64,000 bases of DNA from an uncultured Thermoplasmata archaeon (GTDB lineage: Archaea; Thermoplasmatota; Thermoplasmata; Lutacidiplasmatales; UBA184), in the NCBI GenBank assembly GCA_963842165.1, contig CAWJFK010000005.1:326070-390069 (forward strand). The letters run 5' to 3'. The position numbers and the translations under genes were made by a program. Under the pieces are notes generated by a model. The model was not told the origin of the DNA, did no database searches, and saw only the letters and a list, made by a program, of their open reading frames with translations. Numbering within the stretch: position 1 is the first letter of the stretch; each line of letters begins with the position of its first letter. Of this stretch, positions 43,770 to 51,401 are shown piece after piece.

Positions 43770-43799
43770 GAAGAGGTTGGAATCGTACTCGTCGCCCAC

Positions 43800-45227
43800 T
43801 TAGATCTGATAGATGCTGATCTCGTTAGCCTCGGAGGCGAAGTTCTGGTTGTTGTAGGGGTCGATGGTGAACTGCAGCAGGCGCTGAACTTCACCGGTGG
43901 GTGCGCCGAGGGTGACCCACTGGAACGGCCGCCAGCCAACGTATCCCGTCGTCGCGGTCATTGGGACCTTGATCGCCGCCGCTATGGTCCCGCTCGCTCC
44001 GAGAGACGGCTGAATGGCCACTGACTGGCCCAGCCCCTCGACTCCGATGCCGCAGGCCGCCGTCGAGACGCCCGCGCAGGAGACTCCCGAGGTCGAAACT
44101 CGGGCGAGCCCGTCCGACGCGAAGCCGAGAGCGTCGGGGTGGGACGCGACGTAGGAGATCACTCCCGGGTTGCCGAGCTGAGCGGTGGTCGTAGCGATTC
44201 CGCAGCTCCCGAGCTGACCGTCCGAGCCGCAGCCGCCCCAGTTGTTCAACATCGCGGACAGGCCAGAGACCGGGGAGTTCCCCGATCCGATGCCGAGAAT
44301 CCGCGCCGTGAAGCTCTGGACCGTCCCGCCGGGGTCGCTCCGGGTAACCGTCTGGATGTTATCAGTGGCAGCATGCCCGGCGCCTCCGCCAGCGCAGACC
44401 GTCCAGCCGCAGGTTGACGTCCCAAGTACGGTCGCCGGGGCCGCGACGATGAGGTTACCGGTCGCGGTTCCAGAGGCCGGTGTGGCCGTGAAGGTTGTGA
44501 GCGGCGCCTCGGTGACGGCCGTGCCACCGCAAGCGGTGGCGCCGTTAACGCACGCCGGAATCTGGTCCCACGCGATCGGGGTGTTCGTCGCGATGGTGAT
44601 GCCGCTGGCCGGCGCCATACCGTTGATAGTCGCGGTCCAGATACCGGTGTAGGCGCTCGTGCTGGTCGTGATGTAGATCGAGAGCACCGTGTCCCAGCTG
44701 ATGCTGTACAACCCGTGGGGGCTGGCAGCGGGGGTCGCGCCCTGGGTGATCATGTCGACGCCGTCGTAGGCCACGGTCGTGATGACCGGGACACTGTTGC
44801 CACCCAAGGGGCACGCGTAGTTCGTCTGGAGGTTCGTGATGGTCTGGAGCGCTGACGTGGCTCCGATGTCCACCGCACCCGAACAGACCGCGATCATCCC
44901 TGCCCCAGATCCGCCCTGGTTGTCGCTAATCGCGATGTCCGAGTTGTTCTGCTCGAACTGAGCCACAGCGAGCTGGTCAAACGGGTAGACGGAGGTGCTC
45001 CCCCCGATGGTCACCGTGGTCTGGGCCGACTGGCCACCGATGCCACCGGTGACACTTCCCTGCCAGGCGACCAGCCAAAGGTAGAGCGCCGCCGCGGCCG
45101 CGACCGCGATGAGAATCAAGATCAACGTCGCCACGACGGGCGAAACTGCCTTGTTGTGGTTCTCACCACGGAGGCCCCGGAGGTACCTCATCTTTCGTTC
45201 TTTCTTCGTCGCATTCATTCCGCTCAT
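43800..45227 (-). CDS. PstS/PBP-like substrate-binding protein carrying an archaeal class III (type IV prepilin-like) signal peptide
   Basis: Intact 475-aa ORF. N-terminus '...RGENHNKAVSPVVATLILILIAVAAAAALYLWLV' has the DUF361/archaeal pilin-type charged-then-hydrophobic pattern. PBP_like_2-type core 'IGGSTSVYPFDQLAVAQFEQNN...NQGGSGAGMIAVCSGAVDIGATSA...VAYDGVDMI...RSDPGGTVQSF...GVISYVASHPDALGFAS', with Cys/Thr/Gly-rich insertions. Confidence 0.75.
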   Translation of the reverse strand: MSGMNATKKERKMRYLRGLRGENHNKAVSPVVATLILILIAVAAAAALYLWLVAWQGSVTGGIGGQSAQTTVTIGGSTSVYPFDQLAVAQFEQNNSDIAISDNQGGSGAGMIAVCSGAVDIGATSALQTITNLQTNYACPLGGNSVPVITTVAYDGVDMITQGATPAASPHGLYSISWDTVLSIYITTSTSAYTGIWTATINGMAPASGITIATNTPIAWDQIPACVNGATACGGTAVTEAPLTTFTATPASGTATGNLIVAAPATVLGTSTCGWTVCAGGGAGHAATDNIQTVTRSDPGGTVQSFTARILGIGSGNSPVSGLSAMLNNWGGCGSDGQLGSCGIATTTAQLGNPGVISYVASHPDALGFASDGLARVSTSGVSCAGVSTAACGIGVEGLGQSVAIQPSLGASGTIAAAIKVPMTATTGYVGWRPFQWVTLGAPTGEVQRLLQFTIDPYNNQNFASEANEISIYQI

Positions 45228-45267
45228 CTCTCTCGTTTTTCCCCCTTGTTGGTTGTTGTTGCGAGGC

Positions 45268-45287
45268 GGTCCCCGGTTGCGGGGACC
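45268..45287. promoter_or_regulatory. perfect 8-bp-stem inverted repeat in the divergent pilin-PstS / ATPase intergenic region
   Basis: GGTCCCCG-gttg-CGGGGACC lies between the divergent starts at 45227 (-) and 45471 (+). Confidence 0.3.
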
Positions 45288-45438
45288 ACGTTGCAGCTCG
45301 GGGACGGGTCCGGGCGTTCATATTCCGGGCCAAACGAGAAGCCGTAACGCGGCGAGGATTTCGGGCCCCACGGTGGCCGGAAGAATCGTGTTGTCAAACT
45401 CGGAGGTCTACGGTAACTACGGCTTCTCCGTGCGCAGT

Positions 45439-45446
45439 CCTTTATC
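45439..45446 (+). promoter_or_regulatory. TATA-like element upstream of the secretion ATPase gene (would give a leaderless mRNA)
   Basis: 'CCTTTATC' is centred about 28 nt upstream of ATG 45471. Confidence 0.35.
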
Positions 45447-45470
45447 GCGCTTCTACGAGTTCGGGACCGA

Positions 45471-47246
45471 ATGAACACCTCCGGGGCCGCCGGCCGCTCG
45501 GCCGTGTCGACGGAGGAGCGCTCCACCTCCTCTACGACCCGGGGAAGGGGCGCTCCTCCCGCACCCAAGGACCGCGCCAGCCTCCAGAGGGCCGCACGGG
45601 CGCTCGAGGCGCGGCTGATCACACGCGCGTCGATCCCGGAGAAGGTGCTCATCCAGGCCGAGCTGGGCTACATGCGGCGCCAGCTCCTTCAAGACCGGAA
45701 ATCGGTGGATGTCACCTACCCGGTCAACCCACCGTTCGCTTTCATCCGAATCTACTTCAGCGCCAAGGATAGCGAACTCCGCTACCAAGCCCTGGAGCCG
45801 ACGCTCAAGCCACACGAGGCCGAGCAGATCGTCCAGATACGGACGAAAATGGAATCGGTGATGTCCCAGGAGGAGCTGCCCGTACACGACGGACAATCGC
45901 TCGAGGAGTCACCGGCGCTGCGGGAGTACCTTCACAAGCGTTTCCTTACGGTCCTCGACCTCTACGACATCGCCGTTCCACCGAAGCGTCAGCCGGTGCT
46001 CCTCTACTACCTCCAACGCGAGTTTGTGGGCCTCGGGCGAACGGACTGCGTGCTACGGGACCCGTTCCTGGAGGACATCAGCTGCCTGGGCCCGGAGATC
46101 CCGCTGTACGTGTTCCATCGTGTCTACGGGTCGATGAAGACCAACGTGGCCTATGGGGGCGAGATCGAGCTGAACAAGTACATCTTCCGGCTCGCCCAGA
46201 TCGCGGGCAAGCACATCTCGATCTATCAGCCCATTCTCGACGCGACGCTGCAGGATGGGAGCCGCATCAACCTCACGCTCGGCACCGAGGTTACCCGCAA
46301 GGGGTCGACGTTCTCCGTCCGGAAATTCTCCCACGACCCGGTCTCGCCGATCGACCTGCTCAAGTTCGGCTCGGTGTCCGCGTTCGAGCTCGCCTACTTC
46401 TGGACCCTGGTCGAGAACCATCGTTCGCTGCTCATCTCGGGAGGGACCGCGGCCGGGAAGACGACGTTCCTCAACGCGATCTGCATGTTCGTCCGCCCCG
46501 AGGACAAGATCGTCTCGATCGAAGACACGCCCGAGATCCAGATCGACCACCAGAACTGGATCCAATCAGTTGCCCGGACGGGCTACGGCATGGCGAGCGG
46601 GATCAGCGGCGCTTCCGGGGTTTCTGGGCTGAGCGGAAACGTCCACCGTTCGGCCGGCACCGTCACCCTCTTCGACCTCCTCGTCGCAGCGCTACGGCAA
46701 CGTCCCGAGTACGTGATCGTGGGAGAGGTCCGGGGGACCGAGTCGTTTACGCTCTTCCAGGCGATCTCGGTCGGTCACGCGTCCATGTCGACGATCCACG
46801 CCGGTTCCATCGCGGAGCTTCTTCACCGCGTCGAGAACGAGCCGATGAACATCCCCCGCGTACTCTTCCAAGCCCTGGACGCCGTCGCCTTCCCGGCGCA
46901 GGTCGTGGTGCGGAACTCCCGCGTCCGACGGATCATGGGAGTGACTGAGATCCTCGAGGTCGACAGCGTCACGAACGAGATGCTGACGAACGACGTCTTC
47001 CACTGGGAACCGGCCACGGATTCGTTCGCCTACCTGGGACGGAGCTTCGTGCTCGAGCACATCGCCGAGCGGGGCGGGAAGGACATCGACTCCCTGTTGG
47101 CGGAGATGAGGCGAAAAGAACAGTACCTCCAACTGATGGATCGCCTCAACATGACGTACTACCGCGACGTGAGCCGCACGATCGCCGCCTACTACGTCGA
47201 CCCGAAGGAAGCGGTGGCGACCCTCGAAAAACGCATCGCCGGCTGA
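45471..47246 (+). CDS. type II/IV secretion-system ATPase of the archaeal FlaI/ArlI-TadA family
   Basis: Intact 591-aa ORF with Walker A 'ISGGTAAGKTTFLNA', 'IVSIEDTPEI', Walker B/Asp box 'RQRPEYVIVGEVRG' and His box 'GHASMSTIHA'. Confidence 0.9.
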   Translation: MNTSGAAGRSAVSTEERSTSSTTRGRGAPPAPKDRASLQRAARALEARLITRASIPEKVLIQAELGYMRRQLLQDRKSVDVTYPVNPPFAFIRIYFSAKDSELRYQALEPTLKPHEAEQIVQIRTKMESVMSQEELPVHDGQSLEESPALREYLHKRFLTVLDLYDIAVPPKRQPVLLYYLQREFVGLGRTDCVLRDPFLEDISCLGPEIPLYVFHRVYGSMKTNVAYGGEIELNKYIFRLAQIAGKHISIYQPILDATLQDGSRINLTLGTEVTRKGSTFSVRKFSHDPVSPIDLLKFGSVSAFELAYFWTLVENHRSLLISGGTAAGKTTFLNAICMFVRPEDKIVSIEDTPEIQIDHQNWIQSVARTGYGMASGISGASGVSGLSGNVHRSAGTVTLFDLLVAALRQRPEYVIVGEVRGTESFTLFQAISVGHASMSTIHAGSIAELLHRVENEPMNIPRVLFQALDAVAFPAQVVVRNSRVRRIMGVTEILEVDSVTNEMLTNDVFHWEPATDSFAYLGRSFVLEHIAERGGKDIDSLLAEMRRKEQYLQLMDRLNMTYYRDVSRTIAAYYVDPKEAVATLEKRIAG

Positions 47247-47252
47247 GGCAGC

Positions 47253-48202
47253 ATGTCGACCCCGGTGAAGAGCGCCGTCGGGACCCCGACCGGGGCGGGC
47301 GAGGAGACGCCTCCCAAGCCCGCAACGCCGCTCGTCTCGAGGTATCGCACCTTCTGTTACCGGCTCTTCGGCGAACGACTCGACACGGGGGAGGGGCAGG
47401 AAGCGATCACCGAACAGCTGCAGCGGGCGGGGATGAGCGTCACGCCCGGGATGCACTACTCGGTCGAGATCGTGACCTCGGCCATCGCCGCGGCGACCGG
47501 ATTCGTCATCAGCTTGTTGCTGTTCGACCTGGTCCTCCACAGCCCGCTCTGGTACCTATTCGTCCTCGTGATCACGGTGGTCGCCGCGGGGCGACGGTCG
47601 GCGGCTTCAGTTTCCTCCTGACGTCGCGCATCGCCAATCGGAAGGACGAGTTGGAGCGGGAGCTCCCGTTCACGCTCAGTGAGTTGTCGGTGCTCGCCAG
47701 CACCGGAACCTCCCCGATCCGGCTCGTTCGTCGAATGGCCGGGCGCGACCATGACCCGGCGATGACCGCCGAGTTCAAGCGGGTGGTCTACAAGACGGAC
47801 ATCCAGGGCAAGGACCTGATCACGGCCCTCGCCGAGACGGCCAAAGAATCCGCCTCAACCTCGGTGCGGGAGTCGTTCTGGGACCTTGCCAACATGATCC
47901 ACCAGGGGGGCAACCTCGACGAGTACCTTCGAGCCAAGTCGGACGACGTGATGAAGCTCCGCCGAGGCGTGCAGGAAGAGTTCATCGAGCGCCTCACAAC
48001 CTTCCTCGACATGTACGTCAGCCTCGTCCTCACCGGCATTCTGCTGCTCGCGGTGGCCGCGTTCCTGATCAACGCCCTGGGAAGCACGGCCGCCGGGCTG
48101 AATGCGAACGAACTCCTCTTGCTCCTGACGTTCGGCCTGGTTCCCGTTTCGGTCGCCATGACGATCATTCTGATCTCGATCGCGTACGCGAGGGCCGAAT
48201 GA
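47253..48202 (+). CDS. FlaJ/TadC-type platform protein, first T2SSF-like half (one frame change near 47588)
   Basis: ORF 47253..47621 (cytoplasmic N-terminus plus TM helices) joins at a G4 run to ORF 47651..48202 ('ELPFTLSELSVLASTGTSPIRLVRRMA...' followed by TM helices). Confidence 0.75.
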
Positions 48203-49647
48203 GGGCGCGGTCCCGGTTCCTCGGTCTTCTCGGGGTGCTGCTGATTTCCGCCTTGGCCCTTCTGGCGCCGCTGGGAAACGCGCGACCCGCCCCGTCCGCC
48301 GCCGGTCCCATCCTTATCTCGGTAGTCTCCCCCACGCCGAACAGCACCGTCTATTCCAGCACCCCCACGATCGTGGCGACCTACAACGACCTCGGCCCGG
48401 GGTCGATCAATCCGTCCGCCGTGTACATGCTCGTCGACGGGCAGAACATCACCGGGATCCAAGGATTCAATGTGAGCACCACCCAGGTCAGTTACACGCC
48501 CCCGACGATCATCGCACTGAACAACAGCAATCACTCGGTCACGGTCTTGGTCTCCGATACGGCCGGACGGTCGGCGTCCCTGACGTGGAACTTTACGGTC
48601 AACACGAACGCCGCTCCCGCGCCGAACCCCCTCGCCGGACTCAAGATCACGACGGTCCTGGTCTACATGGGGGTCGGTGCGGCCATCGCGCTCGGCGCCG
48701 TGGGCGGATACATCCTCTTCCTGAGGCAGACGGCCCGATTCACGTTCCGGAGATACTTCGCGACGCATCCGGTCGAGAGGAACTATCTCGTGATCTACAT
48801 TCCCTTCGCCGTCGCCTTCGCGTTCGTCCTCGTCGGGTTGCTCTACGTGTACTCGACCCCGGGTCTGCCCAGTAACGCCGTGGATTACGTCTTCATCATC
48901 GCCGTTTTCATCGCCCTCACGCTCTGGGGCATCGATTCGCGCCGTGAGATGATGCGGATCCGCGCCTACGAGCGGGCCTTTGCCCAGCTCCTCTTCGAGA
49001 TGGCCGACGCGATGCGGGGCGGCATCGACCCCGCCAAGGCGATCGTCGAATTGTCCAAGACGCACACTAACATCCTGCGGAAGAACCTCCGAATCGCCGC
49101 CGACGGCGTTCGCCTGGGTCGCCCCTTCGACGAGGTACTCCGGGATATGGTCGCCCCGATGAGGAGCAGGCTCATCACGCGATACGCGGGGTTGATCGCC
49201 GATGCGACATCCATCGGAGGCGAAACAGCGACCGTCGTCTACCGCGCGGCCAAGGACATGGACGACTTCGTCAAGATCGAAGAAGAGCGGGAGAAGAAGC
49301 TCTACCTACCGGTCGCGGTCATCTACATCGCCTTCGGCGTGCTGACGGCCGTTCTCGTGGCGCTCCTCTTCATCGCTCCCGAGCTCGGCAGCATCAACAT
49401 CAATTTCCTCAGCTCCAGCCATCCGCTTTCCTCGGCGGGATCGGCGTCGTCGTCGTCGGTCGCACCGGTCCCCCACCTCGCGTTCTCGGCCCTGAAGGAG
49501 CGGTTCTTCGAGCTCATGCTCATCAACGCCTTGGGTACCGGCGCCATCATTGGGGCCTTCACCGAAGGGCGCGCCCGCTACGGGATCCTCCATTCCCTCG
49601 CGCTCGTGGCGGGCACGGCCATGGTCTTCGCGATCCTGTTTCCGTGA
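48199..49647 (+). CDS. FlaJ/TadC-type platform protein, second T2SSF-like half, with N-terminal signal peptide and extracellular Ig-like domain
   Basis: ATGA overlap with the upstream gene. Signal 'FLGLLGVLLISALALLAPLG'. Ig-like segment 'ILISVVSPTPNSTVYSSTPTIVATY...VDGQNITG...HSVTVLVSDTAGRSASLTWNFTVN'. Then TM helices and 'LLFEMADAMRGGIDPAKAIVELS...'. Confidence 0.75.
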   Translation: MRARSRFLGLLGVLLISALALLAPLGNARPAPSAAGPILISVVSPTPNSTVYSSTPTIVATYNDLGPGSINPSAVYMLVDGQNITGIQGFNVSTTQVSYTPPTIIALNNSNHSVTVLVSDTAGRSASLTWNFTVNTNAAPAPNPLAGLKITTVLVYMGVGAAIALGAVGGYILFLRQTARFTFRRYFATHPVERNYLVIYIPFAVAFAFVLVGLLYVYSTPGLPSNAVDYVFIIAVFIALTLWGIDSRREMMRIRAYERAFAQLLFEMADAMRGGIDPAKAIVELSKTHTNILRKNLRIAADGVRLGRPFDEVLRDMVAPMRSRLITRYAGLIADATSIGGETATVVYRAAKDMDDFVKIEEEREKKLYLPVAVIYIAFGVLTAVLVALLFIAPELGSININFLSSSHPLSSAGSASSSSVAPVPHLAFSALKERFFELMLINALGTGAIIGAFTEGRARYGILHSLALVAGTAMVFAILFP

Positions 49648-49765
49648 TCGAGGTCCGCGACGCTGGCCGTCCCCCAGTGGTAGGCCTATCGTGCCTCGCG
49701 TCAGACCCAGATGTACTGAGAGCCTGCGAAGGAGGTTTCCGCCGAGCGACAGGGACCCGCCCGAC

Positions 49766-50671
49766 CTAGGGGGTGGTGTAAACTTCGGACGCCGAGCCCG
49801 TCAGCCCTAGAGTGTTCGTCACGTTGAGGAAGATGGTGTACATCGTCAGCCGGGGTGGTCACGAACGGATGAGCCAACTGGGCCTGTTGACCGTAGTACG
49901 TGCCTCGATCGGGGTCGCTGAGCAGCGGGGTGATTACGGTCCAGACCCATTGGACGATGGCAGCATTGGGGGATGACCCCGAGTGGGGTTGGTAGGATTG
50001 GGAGCCGTCGAGGATGGGGTAACCTGTGAGGAAATTGAGTCCGATCTCCGGGACTGGGGGGAACAGGGTCTCGACAAACGTGTTCCCGAGTGTGGTGCCC
50101 AGTTGGACCTGGACGGACGTGGAGGAATACAGGAAGGGCTGGAGATAGAACGAGCTGTCGTTGATCGTGACGGCGGTGACGGAGAAGGGCGCGAGGTTCA
50201 GATAGGACGTGCCCCCGGCCACGGGAAACTCGTGGAAGTTCGCCGCGTCGCCTAGCAGCGAAACGTTACACCCGGGGTCTTCACAATAGGACTCGGCCGG
50301 ATCCCCCCCCACAGCGATGTCGGTGAGTGAAATGTTGTAGATGTCGGCAGAGGAGAGAATCAGAGTGATGTTCCCCGGGTACGTGCCGGGAACCGCCGGG
50401 GGGCCGGGGGAGGAATGACGTAGCCCGGGACGTTGGCCACACTTTGAATGGTGACGTTCTCGAGATTCTTGAGATGGAGTTGATTCTGTTCCCTGAGGTT
50501 GGTCTGCTCCTCCGACGCGACGAAGAAGGAGAATGCGGTGGCCGCGGCCACCACGATGAGGACGAGCATGAGGGTGCCGACGATCTCCGCAAGGCCGCGG
50601 CGATCCGGTCGTAGCCCTTTCCGGTCGCGCATCGGCTGTCGAGGGGGGCCTCGCGTCATAGGCCTGCCCAC
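49766..50671 (-). CDS. pilin-like protein with class III signal peptide (two frame changes near 50385 and 49855)
   Basis: N-terminus 'RKGLRPDRRGLAEIVGTLMLVLIVVAAATAFSFFV'. The body is reconstructed across ORFs 50360..50671 and 49701..50312 and ends '...RLTMYTIFLNVTNTLGLTGSASEVYTTP*' at 49766-49768. The switches are at C-runs. Confidence 0.6.
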
Positions 50672-50758
50672 CGGAGATTCCGTAGTTGGAAGGCTACTCC
50701 GTAGACTACCGGACTCTACACGCCACGTTGTTAAACGACCTAGCCTCCTGTCGAGCGC

Positions 50759-51388
50759 GTGAACATCCCCGTCGAGGTACCGGGCCTCGACACCATCATC
50801 CCGGAGATCGAGGAGGGGCGGCTGCTCGTCGTCGAGAGCGGCGCCGACTCGGCCAAGAGCTACTTCGTCCGGAGGCTGAGCCTGAGCGCCGGCCGGGTCG
50901 GATCCCCGGTGACGTTCGTAACCTCCCGGGACGAGGCGGAGGTCCGGGCGCTCCTCGCCAGCGAGGCGGACGAGGGCCAGCGCTCCGAGGGCTGGGTCCG
51001 CATCATGGAACGGGACGGGATCGAGAGCTTCGAGGAGTTCGAACCGGCGGGGGGTCTACTGACGGTCGATTCGTTCTCCTACCTGACGCTCAACCTCCCA
51101 CCGGCCGAACTGGCCTCGTCCCTCCGGCGGCTCCGGACCGCGTGTCGAACCCGGAACATGACGGCCATTCTGGCGACCGATCGAGGGATGCTGGATACCC
51201 GGTCGGAAGCGGTCGTGACCCACCTCTCCGATGGGTTCTTGCAGTTCCACGCCCGAGAAGGTCCGGAAGGGGTGCTGCGATTCCTCCGCATTCCCAAGTG
51301 GATGGATGGGAAGTTTGTCGACCGGAATATCTATTATGAGTTCGACGGCAAACGTATCATGATCGACCTGCGGCGACGGGTGCTCTAG
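50759..51388 (+). CDS. KaiC/RecA-fold FlaH(ArlH)-like protein with degenerate Walker A
   Basis: 209-aa ORF with a GTG start. 'GLDTIIPEIEEGRLLVVESGADSAKSYF' aligns to the KaiC/FlaH 'GxxGxGKS' region, but the second Gly is Ala. Confidence 0.6.
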   Translation: MNIPVEVPGLDTIIPEIEEGRLLVVESGADSAKSYFVRRLSLSAGRVGSPVTFVTSRDEAEVRALLASEADEGQRSEGWVRIMERDGIESFEEFEPAGGLLTVDSFSYLTLNLPPAELASSLRRLRTACRTRNMTAILATDRGMLDTRSEAVVTHLSDGFLQFHAREGPEGVLRFLRIPKWMDGKFVDRNIYYEFDGKRIMIDLRRRVL

Positions 51389-51401
51389 GCGGGGTGGAGG
51401 C

